From contig JALDZX010000009.1 of assembly GCA_022813865.1 (NCBI GenBank), forward strand, positions 124,001 to 188,000: a stretch of DNA of 64,000 nt, read 5' to 3'. The stretch's first letter is position 1. The number at the start of each line of letters is the position of its first letter. The stretch is from Xylographa opegraphella (Eukaryota). Shown here piece after piece: positions 11,001 through 23,472 of this stretch. The notes under the pieces are model-generated. The model was not told the DNA's origin. It saw only the letters and a list, made by a program, of their open reading frames with translations, and searched no databases. The translations under genes and the position numbers were made by a program.

Positions 11001-13849
11001 CTAGTCGTCGAAGTGATTGTTGAATATTGTATCTTCGCCGCTGCTTGTTTTGATGATGCCACTCATACGATCCCCTGACTTGTCCTTGTGATCGAAAGCT
11101 CGTTCCCAGTTGTCGTCAGCCCCCCCTTCTCGATCGTCTTCCTCCATTCTTTCCAATTCATTACTCTTGAAGTGCTCGTCTAGATTGCTCTCATCCACAA
11201 AAGTGAAGCCTTTGAAATTGGCCTGCATTCCAGGTGAGAGAGGAGTAGAAGCAGGCATAACGCCGGCTGTCAGGGCTGCAGCTCGGGCGTTCAGGGAAGA
11301 CGAGTTCGTCAACGCATTGGTGAATTCCGGGTCGAAATTTGAAGTGTCAAGAACAGACTTGAGCTTCGGTTTAAAAGGAGGGACAACCATCTTTTTCGTC
11401 AATGCGGTCCAATCAATATCGGAGAAGAACGGATGAGCTTTGAGCTCCTCCGCATCGTTGATCGCACCAAGCCGATGCTTTGGGTTTCGGTTAAGGAGAC
11501 CCTTGACGAAATTGCGTCCCTCTGTACTCAGAGCGTCACGGGGAAACCGAACTTTGCCAAATGCGATGTTCTTGTACATTTGCTGGGTATCTTCGGCATA
11601 GAACGGGCTCCAACCACAGCACATCTCGAAAACAAGAACACCAAGTGACCAGAAATCAACCATGGTGGTATAGCCTTGTTCGTCGAGCAATACTTCGGGT
11701 GCTAGATATTCGGTTGTTCCACAAAAAGTGTTGGTCGTGTCATTCTTGGTGAGGTTGGCCTTGGACAATCCGAAATCGCAAAGAGCAATATGTCCATTGG
11801 CATCAAGAAGGATATTCTCCGGCTTCAGATCTCGGTAGACAATATTATGACCGTGTAGATGTTGAAGCGCAAGAATGAGCTCGGCAATATAAAATTTGGC
11901 TCGTGCCTCATTGAAACGACCCTCTTTCTGGAGGTGCCAAAACAGTTCGCCACCTGACATGAAATCCGTGACTAGGTAGAGATCTGTTGGTGTTTGGAAC
12001 GAAAATTTGAGGCCCACAATGAACGGTGAGTCTGTCATCGCAGTTCGAACAAGGATATTACGCTCGCCTAAAGTATGAGCGACTTCTTTCTTTTGTACGA
12101 TTACTTTCTTTGACAGCACTTTCATGGCGTATATTCGTTGAGTGTCCTTCTTTCGGACTTGGTACACTTGACCAAAAGTGCCTGTAAACTTATTAGTGTC
12201 TATCAATTTTGGATGGTAAAGGTGTTGAACGAGCCTTTCCCAATCAGTTTCAGAATCTGGAAATCCTCAGGTCCATAATGTTTCTTGTCGGTCTTTTGAA
12301 AATGTAACTGAAGGTGTATTTCACCAGAAACAGTTTCTTCTTGAGCGTCACGCGGTTCGAGCTTGTACCATCCTTCGGTTTTGTTGTTATCAACCCTGGC
12401 GTCCAACGAAATTCTGACATGGCCAAGGAATGCTTCGTGGTTGGACCGATCATAGACATATATGTCGAGATCCGAGCTTGCCCCAAGCACATCGCTGGAT
12501 GGCGCGTTAGATATTGGAGCACACCGCAATTAGGCCGACTGGACTTACAATGTTGCGTCGTGGTCCCACTTTGGATCTGTTACCTGCCTTCCGGATTTGA
12601 AATTCTTCTGATCCGAAAGGCTTGTTGTGCTGCTTTGCCGGCTCTTCATCGGTATTGCCATGGCTCTGCCCATATCGCTGCCAGACCTTCTGATCGGGAC
12701 GCCTCCTAATGGTTCATCCTTGGATTTAGCATCGTCCTTCTCAGTGTCTGAATCTTCCTGTTTCGGGCCCTTTGAAATGTACTCGTTCCACTCGAAGACG
12801 CATACCACGTATGGATCATAACTGGGCCGCAAACCCCTGGCTTCCGTAATCTTCACAGAAAGCTTGCCTTTGGGTGGTCCCACAGGAGGCGAGTTATTAG
12901 GGGCCAAGAGGTTGTTCGACGCGTTGGACTTCTTTCTCTCTTGCTGTGCTGCACTGAACACTGCATCGTCTGGAGGAGATTGCGCAGGTTTCGCAACGGG
13001 TGCAGGGACTTTGAGAGCATCATTGGACAATGCTCGAGGTGTGTGTGGAGGAGTACTCTTTGGACGAGGCAATAACGCCACGTTCTCAGTCAGCTTTACT
13101 AGCTCTAGATAAGACGATGCCATAGAGGATAATGCAGAGGTATGAGGAGAGTCAAGGGTAGGGGTACTGGGCGTGGTTGATGAATGCGCGCTGGTAGGGT
13201 TTGAGAAATATGCAGCATGAACTGGAGAGTCTGTGGTGATCGCAGAAAGAGACTTGAGCCCTGCGGTGTGTCGACGTGTTCGAAGTGGGATGACATCCGT
13301 CGCTGACAGTTGCCGCCCAAGAGTTGGACGGCCAGCAGCGGAGTCGTCCCGAGAGCACGTTCGGCTACCTATGCCCACACACCCACCAATCTCTTTGTGT
13401 ATGGAAGAAGGAGAAGATATTGGTGGGGTTGGGTATGCGCATGCGCCTTCTAGCTGTGGCATCACCAAGTGCTCATGCCGCAGAAGCTGCTCAGTATGAT
13501 CATTGTCATCCTGCGAGCTGTTCTTGGGCGAGTTTGGAGCAGTCGGGAGTGCCTCGCCTAGATTCTCACCCACGCGATAATGCGCAGGTGCATGGCTTGC
13601 CACACCAGGATCGAGCGCTGGGGTCGTAACCGCACAACGATCTGAGCCGCTAGAACTTGTAGTAGAGCTTGTACCCACCTGGCCAAAGTACCCATGCATT
13701 ATCTGAGGCAATCTCTTGTCAGATGGGTCTGGGCGCGGTGTAGCGACACCGGAAGGTGTGGCACTTTGGGAGCCGATGTGGTCGTGGTTGTGGTCGTGAT
13801 TGTCGTCGTCGGATCTGCGTGTGGGGTACTCGTTGTCATTAGAGATCAT
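11001..13849 (-). CDS. SCH9: AGC-family Ser/Thr kinase Sch9 (C2 domain + kinase)
   Basis: C2 region KLSVKITEARGL; GKGTFGQV, YRDLKPEN, DFG, TFCGTTEYLAPE, hydrophobic motif FKGFTF; introns 12495-12548 and 12182-12234. Confidence 0.97.
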
Positions 13850-14453
13850 GTCCAAAATGCAAAAACGAAGAGCAAGAAAAGCGAGAGTAAATGGTAGAGG
13901 CTAAATCGGTGGCGGAGGGTATGGCGGAGGAGCGCTTGCTCCTGACGGCGCAAGTGAGTGAATAGCCTTGCGGATGGGTGAAGGAGCGATGGCGAGGAGA
14001 ACTACAGCTGTCTGGACGATGGTGAAGGCTTGGTGAGGTAGGTGGTGAACAAAAGTTGAGTATGACGAGTGCCGATGTTTCGGGCGTTCGAAAGGTTCTG
14101 GAAAGATTGTGTGACAGGGATTAAATAAGTTCCAAAAGACACTGGCGATTTGGCTTAGACCGTCTCGGCATTCACGGTTCTGCCACACATGTGAATTGCC
14201 TGGCCATCGCATATGGGAATTTTCCAGCTTTGCCAAGCACGATGCGAAGTCGGGTCTGTCGTGGTCTTCGAGATCGGCCTGCGGAGGCCTGTCCGTCGTG
14301 TCGTCGCAGTCATCTCGGCTGAGCTGGATTTCCAGATTACGGGCCAGTATTTCGTATATGCGCATACTCCCGAAAAGCCTTGACCGCCATTGACCCGTCT
14401 ATGGCGCGGAGATGCGAAGGTGGATGGAGATCAAGGAAAGGAGAAACACGCAC

Positions 14454-14543
14454 TCACCGGTGTAGCATTGCTTGTCTCAACAAATCGGCCGCCACGTGTG
14501 GGTTAATGCCATGATAGCTGTGGTCCTGCTGTGTTGGCGTCAT
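14454..14543 (-). promoter_or_regulatory. Candidate uORF / leader exon upstream of SCH9
   Basis: GCAGCC-ATG; MTPTQQDHSYHGINPHVAADLLRQAMLHR followed directly by a GTGAGT donor at 14457. Confidence 0.5.
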
Positions 14544-16300
14544 GGCTGCGTTTGGGGACCAGAATCGCGAGTGCCGCCGCAGCCTTCCTTTGTTGATTGT
14601 CGTTTGGTCGCGCTCGATATATTGGAAGGGTGACTGGACAGAGCTGCAGTGGAGAGGAGAGGCGGATGCTGACAACGAAGAAGAGGCGGTGGGAAGGTCC
14701 GGGTGGTGTTAAGAGGAGACGGTGTTTGCCATGGATCGACGGATGATTTGGCTCGGTGGGCGAGGAGCTTGCACCATTAACGCAAGCGTTCGCAGACCAC
14801 CGCAGAGATTGCACGCGAATCCTCAATATGTGAGAAGGTCTAATTACGGAGTCTCGTGTGCCACGAGATGGAGCGGGCCACTTCTGGATGCTCGACGGCG
14901 CAGGCTGCAATGTTAATGCTGCTGCATCGATGGATTATTGGAGGGAGGCTGGCACGCTGCTCTCGTCAACCAGGTCTGGTCCAATCTCCCTGATACCCGC
15001 CCGCGATGGCCAGGTACCCCTCTTCGACAAGAACAGAAAATGTGATTAGGTTGCAGAGATGATGTAGTGGGGAGGCCTCTTGTTTTTGCCTGTTTGGCGC
15101 CAACGCTTCAGCTAATGTGGTCGGCTGTCAACTATTCGCGCCGCGGCCTCGAAGCGGTGTCGAGCGTGCTTTGTTGAACGACCCGATGCTGGTGTCTAGA
15201 GCCGGAAGGGGCGCTCAATGATGGGGAGAGTTTCGGGTGAATGGGCATACTAATTGCTACCGCGCACGTCGGTGGAAAACTAGGTGGAAAGGCGGAAAGG
15301 TTGTGCGGGAAGTGTGGGAGAGGAGGAAGTAAATGCTGAAGTTGCCGTGACTCCGTGCTCCGGAGGTACCTCTCCGCCTATCTACCAGAGTGGGGTACTT
15401 TCGAGATGTTCTACCTGCCCACCTAAGGTACGAAGTATCCTGCTTGGGACTCTGACCACGCAAATCACCGGCACACAGGCCTAGAGTCTGCATACTGATC
15501 CGATCAGCTGAACAATTGCTGAGTCAGGACAACCTGAATGATCGGGGTTCGTGGAACACACCACTCACAGTGTGTGTCAGCACCGAGATACACAATACGC
15601 ACATGTGGTGCTGGACAAAGACTGGAAGACGTCAACGGCTTGCACCGTATGTCCTTTGAAGGTCACTGCTGCCCTTCCAGACTACTATCAGACGACCCAT
15701 CCGAAAGCACACCGAGTGCCCACCGAGTGCCCACCATCAAGCTTTGTGCTGTCCCAAGATCTTACCTTGAAAAGGTACATGAAGTGAATCAGCTGTCTTG
15801 ACTTCTTTGTAGGCGTCATGCTGGGAAAGCTGCTTGTGGCACTGGAAATCTGAACAATCACATGCTTTATGTAGCAATCTATAGTGGCCAGCACAGCGTC
15901 GATACTTTTTATTGCATGTGATGGCGAGGATGTCTCGAAACTTGAAAGGGATGGAATCTGCAACTCCGGTCCAAGATCTAGTGGTACTTCGGAAGAAATA
16001 ATGGCGGGGGATTTTTATGTAGCACCAGGCCAAGTGACACCCATGGTCTCTACGAATATGGATTTCATCCTCTGATAAAGATTGGCGACCGTGTAATCAA
16101 CGCAATTTAGTTCAATCAAAATAAATAGCGAGTTGGAGAGACAGATTCCGATTGGTCAGCTGTGAAAGCCACTATTCCACATCGCGGATAGTGTTTATCG
16201 CGAAATACCTCAGCCACTAAATGTTGTTCGAGCTATGAAGCTTCAACATCTAACGGGCTTCCCAGCTTCCAGCACCATCTGACATTCGCTCGTGTACGCC

Positions 16301-18127
16301 ATGGCACGGAAAGGCCGTTGGGCAAACCGTAATGCTGCTCGGGCAATATCGACTGCCATTCGTAACTTTCCTAGCAACCCAGTGCGTAGCACGAGACTGA
16401 CTCAAAACCTAGGGACACCAACTCCACAAGTCAATGAACCGTCCGACGATGACATGCAAGATGTGCAGGCATCTGGCGCAGCAACCCCACAAGATGACGA
16501 TGGCGAGGAGCAGGAAGAGGATGAGGAGCTCATAGACGATGGCGACGAGGACGGGCCAACAACACCGGTGAACGACTCAGAAGCCCCTTCTCGGACCGCT
16601 ACCCCCGCCCGTGGCCGCGGGTCCTTAAGACGTCGAGCCGGGAGACCACCAAAACATCGTACGCACGACTGGGACGCGCCCGACGAGCCAGACTCGCGCG
16701 ATGGAGGCTCAGATGTCGGAACACCGAAGCGTAGGGGCGGCTGGCGAGGTGGACGAGGATTTGGAGGCGGCAGATGGGGCCGGCCTCGAGGAGGCCCGTC
16801 GCACATCTCGCAAGTACCTCTGGACAAAGAAGGCAACATGGCGAACGTCGTCGACGACGAGGTGGAGCTCCCCGAAGACCCTGAAGGCGAGCAAAAAGTC
16901 GACAAGAACGGGCGTCTGAAGGACGGACGTGAATACCGCGTTCGCGTCTTCACCATCCAGGGCAAGGCCGATCGACTCTACATGCTGTCGACGGAACCTG
17001 CGCGCTGCATCGGCTTCCGCGACAGCTACCTCTTCTTCCAGAAGCACCGCCAACTCTTCAAGATCATCCTGCCCGAGGACGCCAAGCGCGACCTCATCGA
17101 GCGGCAGATCATCCCCCACTCGTACAAGGGCCGCGCCATCGGCGTCGTGACAGCCCGGTCCGTCTACCGCGAGTTCGGTGCCCGCATCATCATCGGCGGC
17201 AAGAAGGTCACGGACGACTACCAAACCGCGGCCGCGCGCGCCAACGGCGACGTCGAGGGTGAATTGGCCGTGCCCGACGACCGGCTCCCGTCCACGGGCC
17301 AGGACTACGACAAGAACCGCTACGTCGCCTGGCACGGGGCCAGCAGCGTCTACCACTCCGGCATGCCGACGGTGCCCATGCCGAACGGCAAGCTGGCCGA
17401 CGGCAAGAAGCGCAAAGTCCACGTTACGGGTGCGAACTGGATGTTCGAGCACGCCCGTGAGGCTAGGTGAGCGTCAACCCTCGCCTTCACCTTCGCCTCA
17501 CCTCATCCTCCCCTTCATCTTCACCTCATCCCCACACCCCCCTCTCACCCTCACCGACTAACACCCTCTCCACCCCCTCCTAGCCGCTTCAACACCACCC
17601 TCACCAACGCCCGCGCCACCACCCTCAACGGCGTCTACGACATCCACACCAACCAAACGCACTACCCGCGCAGCATGCAACCCACCCACTGCCGCTGGGA
17701 ACCCGTCACCCCACCCCTCTCCCCCACCACCACAACCACAACCAGCACCACCCCAACCAAAACCCTCACCCCCCCCAAAACCCTCACCTCCACCACAACC
17801 ACCACCTCCCCCCACACCACCACAACCTTCCCCCCACCCCCCCCCGCCCTCCTCTCCTCCTTCCTCACAGCCGACACCTACCTCGTCCGCGCGCCCATCT
17901 CGCACCTCGGCATCCCCGGCCCCGACGGCCCGGCCGCCGACCCCCTCGGGCCCCCCGGCCTCGCCGACGTGCCCGCCCACGTCGCCGCCTGCCTGCCGCC
18001 CGAGTGCCGCGCCGCTTTCGACGACGTGTGTGCGCTGCAGCGCGTGTGGAGGGCCGAGTGGGGCGCCGAGGCCACGGATGGACAGAGGGGGTTCGTGAGG
18101 GTTAGTTATAATACTTGGCTACCGTAG
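16301..18127 (+). CDS. RSC7: Chromatin-remodelling complex subunit Rsc7/Swp82 (Npl6) family
   Basis: DPEGEQKVDKNGRLKDGREYRVRVF...LYMLSTEPARCIGFRDSYLFF...IPHSYKGRAIGVVTARS; intron 17467-17583 joins to GVYDIHTN...MQPTHCRWE; a further 5' intron ending near 16410 is possible. Confidence 0.9.
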
Positions 18128-19484
18128 GGAGGGGGGAGGGGCGGGGTAGGTGGGAGGGACAGATGGGGATGCGGAGGGGGAGAGTTTGAAAGGGGGCTTT
18201 TGGCGCCGAACGGGGGGGCGGGATGGGGTTGTATGATAGCGAGAGAGATGGCGAGATGGCGAGCACCCACGCGCGTGCGTGTGGCGATATCGCCCGCTCT
18301 GGTCGTGGCATGGGTAGCGCCATACCCCATTGACACCACCGCTGTGTGGACCACTTTCTGCTCGCGTGCCGACGTGATGACAGCCTGGGGAATTTTGAAC
18401 CGGACGCTCGGCGGTGAGATAAGGAGCTAGGGGAGCGGTTTGCGCAGCCGGGGCTAGGCGAGGTCGACGCACAGATATCGATATGCGTGCCGGGAACCCA
18501 CAGCGCAGCCTTGAGGCCACGGGCGTACGGTACGGTACGGTGCACATAAGCAGTCACTCACGGTAAAGTTCACAGCATGCAACGACGGCCAGCCTGTCAG
18601 AAATCAAACACGGTTGGTTGTATTGGACTTTTTCGGCATCTAAAGCGTCCAAGTTCGGACCCAGTTTTTCCCCCGCCCTCTCCAAGCTATTAGGTGGAAG
18701 TGAGGATAAAGTAAATCAGCTCGATTTTTGTGCCACCGTCCATGCCGACCCAGCCACTCCCGTCCGCTCTCCTCAAGAGCGTGCCCGTGACACGGCACCC
18801 GAAAACCGCCAACAGATGCATGTGATAAAAGCAGCCAATGTCCATACATCCAGCTCGATCTACAAAGAGATCGTGCCTCTCGTAAGCGAACAGCTAGGCG
18901 AAATCAAACCACGCTGGGTCTCCCAAGCGAGTGTACCGTAGTTGGTAATAACGAACATAAGGTATGAAGCAATAAAATCCCAACAAATACCACCCCGTAA
19001 CCCATTTTCCCCAGTTGTCGTGATGCGCAAAAGTACATTTTGAGACAAGCCCACCGTGCTAAATCCAGAACAAGAAAAGCTAAACACCGATGCTGGAGCA
19101 ATCTATCGCTTTGATGACAAGGAGATCGTTTCGATTTGTATGTATGTGTAGCGAAAATAAGAAACAAGAAAAAGTAAGTGTGTCGTTTAAGTGTATGGTG
19201 CCAAGAATGCGTCTCGTTCGTTCGACACAGCGAAGTGGTACCAAAACTGCAGAAGTCTAGGCTGCAAATCTTCGCGAAGCATTGTTGTGATCGTGTAGAC
19301 ACGACGATCCTTCATGTGGAAGGCGGCATGTAGAAAACTCATAATGTGCCAATAGATGAGCAGACGCCAGAAGGCATGAGGTACCGCGTGCCAAAAATTG
19401 GAGAAGTAAACTTTTGGAGATGGTCGAAAATTCCTGGCGTATGGTAAAGCTCAGAAATGCCAGAAACACGACTCTTACTGGAGA

Positions 19485-20906
19485 TTAAGCGGCGACAGGC
19501 TGAGCTCCATAGGTGTGAGCCATAGAGTAGCGTTCGTGCTGAGGAAGACAATATCCACACATACATCCTATGCTGTGCCCTGACCAAGGACTCGGAGTGT
19601 ACTGTTGTGGGTATGAGGTGCAGTAAGGGGATTGCGTAGACGATGGGAGAGTTCGCAATGGTTGCAGCAGTGGCACACATCGTATGCTTTGCATTGATGC
19701 CGTCGGAGGAAAGCCGCTCGTGCCGTGACGCCCGTACCATTCCGGAGTATTGGGACCAGTTTCAGGAGCAGAAGGTGGCGAATTGTCCACAAGGCTGCGG
19801 ATAGGTGGCCACTGTTCATGACGCGGCGTTTGCCACACCGAGTGAGATTTTGCAGCCATGGTGAACATGGTGTCGGCGTAGGAGGAATAAACTGGCGTGG
19901 GTGGAAGGTGCTTTTGGACCGAGTGCTGTCTGCGGAGGCTGGAGTCCAGAGGCGTCAGTTTCAGAGAGTCAAGCGTGATCTCAATTCTCTTTGCTTGCCA
20001 CCTTTCCCATTGTTTCAGCCAGGCGGGCAATCCTTGCGGATCGCTCGTATCGATATGTAGGGTCCAGTTAATGCCCAGTAACCAGTTCACCTCTAGCGTG
20101 TTGAGCTCCGAGACTGGTATGTGGCTCACCTCCGCCCAAGAGCGGTTTTGAAAGGTGTTATCATCAAGAAACTTAGATCCAAGCATGAGAGCGGTCGTGA
20201 GCATGTGGTACAGATGCCCCGTACTGGAACTATAGACACCCTGCGTAGATAGCATGGTCATTCGTGTGGCCAAATAGTGGAGACCCAGCAAGACGGTCGA
20301 GCTCGGCAGGCGAGTCGAAGTCAGGATCTGGGAAACGTATTTGCGAAAATCCGCAGAGACGGTCGTTTTCGGCTGGACGCTTTGTGAAAGGTCAATATCT
20401 GCCAGGCAGAATTGGGATTGAAAGATGTCATACATTCCCTGTGCCATCTCAGACACAAAGTCGACCATCTGCTCCATGTCGTAGTCAAGGTGAGCTGCAA
20501 CGCCACCGGCGACCTTTTCCTCCTTTGGCGGTGCGTGAGTCTGTGAATGAAGGACCTGAGTGTTCCGATAGTAAGTGTGCTCAATGCCTCGATCCGGGAC
20601 GCGAATCGGGGGCAGCACTGGAGCACCGACGTGCCCATACACATTTTCCTGATGAGCAAAGGATGCAGGATAGCTCGTGGTTGACTGATTTTCAAGCTCT
20701 GAGCCATATACCAGAAGATTAGACGGTCCAAGCGACTGATGAACAGGCTGCGAGAGGTATGAAGAGCTGTCACGAGCGTCCACGGGGTAGCGATTGTCGA
20801 CTCTATTAGCACCATAGAACGTTGTCGCAGAAGACTGCATACCAGCAGCTGAGGTGTTGTCGAAGCTGTAGTAGTCGGGTGGTGTGAGTGGTAATTGCCG
20901 TGCCAT
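19485..20906 (-). CDS. CLG1: Pho85-type cyclin, Clg1-like
   Basis: GGVAAHLDYDMEQM...FRKYVSQILTSTRLPSSTVLLGLHYL...ALMLGSKFLDDNTFQNRSWAEVS cyclin box; alternative ATG at 20930. Confidence 0.88.
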   Translation of the reverse strand: MARQLPLTPPDYYSFDNTSAAGMQSSATTFYGANRVDNRYPVDARDSSSYLSQPVHQSLGPSNLLVYGSELENQSTTSYPASFAHQENVYGHVGAPVLPPIRVPDRGIEHTYYRNTQVLHSQTHAPPKEEKVAGGVAAHLDYDMEQMVDFVSEMAQGMYDIFQSQFCLADIDLSQSVQPKTTVSADFRKYVSQILTSTRLPSSTVLLGLHYLATRMTMLSTQGVYSSSTGHLYHMLTTALMLGSKFLDDNTFQNRSWAEVSHIPVSELNTLEVNWLLGINWTLHIDTSDPQGLPAWLKQWERWQAKRIEITLDSLKLTPLDSSLRRQHSVQKHLPPTPVYSSYADTMFTMAAKSHSVWQTPRHEQWPPIRSLVDNSPPSAPETGPNTPEWYGRHGTSGFPPTASMQSIRCVPLLQPLRTLPSSTQSPYCTSYPQQYTPSPWSGHSIGCMCGYCLPQHERYSMAHTYGAQPVAA

Positions 20907-22667
20907 GTTGGCAAGGTACAAAGACGGCATCGTAGCTTTGCAGAGAGGATCAGAGAAGCACAAGAAGCAATGAAGCGTATGCTATGAAGTATTAGCTATC
21001 AATCTGCCACCATTAAAATTCTGGGCGAGATGGTAATATGGAATCTGTACCTTCAGTCTTCTTAACTTCTCAGAAACCCAGCAGGAGAAGCTCTACGAGC
21101 ACCTCCCTTGTCGCCGAAGAACACCGCTCAACTGAGATGGCTTTTTGTCAAGGTGAATGAAGAGCTCGCAGTTGTGATGGTGAGGTGTGGTGGAGGCAAC
21201 TATGAGTGGCTCGGGTCTAAGGTCGTGTCGAATCAAAAGTCGTGACGCTGGAAGAACAGAAATCGCTGGTGGTGAAAACGCTGCAAGCAAGTTTAAAACG
21301 AAGCAACACCGGAAGGTGAGCTGCAAGGGACCAGTTGTGACGACGGGAGGATGCAGAGAGTTGTCCTGGACGGATGAAGTTCTGGCAGGAAGATAGTCCA
21401 AAGGCTCACAAGTCTTAGTGAAAAGCTCGTCAGACTCCGTGTTATTCCCGAAGATGCGATGGACAGTGAGAGCAGCAAATGTTCGACGCTGTGTGAGCAG
21501 CAGACGATATTCTTACGAGCGCGTAGCCATGAGTTGCGTCGATGGAGCAGCGGAGCGGCGTAGTTCCTCTAGCTATTCTTGGTACGAGGATAGTTTGTGA
21601 GGGCGAAGTGGAGAACGACGTGTCGGCGGCCAGTGTCCTTGAATGTGGAGTGAGACAGGAAAAAGATTTGCTGAGCTCGTTCCGGCACGTTCTTGGCCTC
21701 GTCAGGTCCGATGGCCGAGGCTTTGATCCTTTCAGATGGATGGACGACACTGGGGGCAGCCGAGATGATTTTGTCTTGCGGGAAATTGCGGGTCCGAAAG
21801 GGGGTCGGACGGTCGCACCCGAAGATGGGTAGGTACTTTTCAAGGGATGAGGAGGAGTGGAGGAGGATGAGGATGAGGAAGGAAAGTGAGAAGGGGGGGG
21901 AGGAAGGAAGACGAAGCACGTCTCAGATGGGAGAGTAGTGTAGAGTGAGGGAGAGGTGAGTGATGAGCGAGGGACGGGCGGATGTGGAGTTTTTGCTGCT
22001 GTGGTGTTAGATTGGGTGGGTGGCCCCTTGAGATGGGCTATGTGGAAGAGCAGCTATAGAGGGACTAGGTTCGGGGGGGAAGTGACAAGGGGGGAGGGGG
22101 GGGGGTTGTTAATCACTGTGGTATTCTCTGTTCTGTGCCTTCCTTATGGGCTGCTTCTCCGGCCTGGGCGACGCTTGGAAGATTTTGAACGAACCGGATC
22201 CCACGCCGGTAAAATCTCAGTACGCTACGCTTCTTCGGGCCTGGTCGACGTTGCTCTTTCCTCCCCCCGGAGGCCGAACAACCTGAACACGAAGCCAAAA
22301 GGCGCTGACGACACAGAAGCCGCAACACCAATTACTAATTCAACCCTCAACCCACAAGCCGCCTTTTCATGCATGGGAAGAGGGTCTCGCATCAAAGTGT
22401 CTGCAAAGTCGAGAGGGTAGTGACGAGGCCGTCAGCACCGTGGCTGATTAGCCGTGTGATCAGAGAGCCAGATCGGCCCGTCTGCATGACTGCGCATTGA
22501 TTCGTCGGCGGGCATGGCGAGACCGTGATTCATATTCTACTTTTAGCTGGGGAGACACTCATCGGTTTCCAGGCAGCATCATACCTTTGCTTGTAACTGA
22601 AGGTTAGAGGAGAAACGTGGGTGGAGATCTGCTTCATTATTCATGACTACAGTATTTTGTCATAACA

Positions 22668-22707
22668 GCGGCGGCGGCGGCGACGGCGACGGCGACGGCG
22701 ACGGCGA
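22668..22707. repeat. Compound (GGC)n-(GACGGC)n microsatellite
   Basis: read directly. Confidence 0.9.
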
Positions 22708-23472
22708 ACTACTAGGCTAGGACGAGTTAAGTACCTTAGTCTACACAGTAGGCTACTGAGTACGGCGTACCGGGAAACAAAAAGTGAACTCATGATCCAG
22801 GATGACATGGCATATTTTTTATGCTCCCACTAATTATTACGAACTAAGGTACCCCAGCTATCTCTATCTATGAGGTGGGTAAGTGAAGAAACCCACTCTA
22901 CTCCTTACCGCTTTCCGCTTTTCTGCAGCCTGCGCTCCCTCCGACCAACCCGCTTCGACCGTCGGAATCCATCGCCGCCCGCCATCCTTCCAAGGCCGTT
23001 CTCACTGGCTATGCTGCGTCACTCGCGCCCCCCCACTCCCTCTCGTGTCCTCTCCGCCCAAGTGGCACTTCCCGTCGGCCGCACTTGGACGAGGCACTCG
23101 AAGGAAGAACAACGTCCCGAGTGCCGAACACAGTATCCGACCATAGTACGCACCAATCCCACCGTGACTTCATGTTGCATGCTTGATACGAGCACCGTAA
23201 TGTCTAAGATACCTAGGTGGGTATCAAGCACAGATCATTTTCTGTTGGCTTGCGCGGTCGTCCCTCCCACACGTGCGGCAAGGTCGCATCGGCTGGAACT
23301 GGATTGCAAAATGTTGCCTACGGTGGCCTGCACCGTCGGCGGCTATTCATGCTGCGCGCTTTTTTGCAACTGCCAATCCGATCTCGGGGGTACGAGGCCC
23401 ATAGAGACAGGACGGATTCATGATGCCAGTCTACTGCAAGCCTGCCCGCCTCGCCCTCAGTCGCGATTACCA

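Noticed and set aside
16402..17980. Long antisense ORFs over RSC7
   Set aside because: Shadow ORFs caused by high GC3 and low-complexity sequence.
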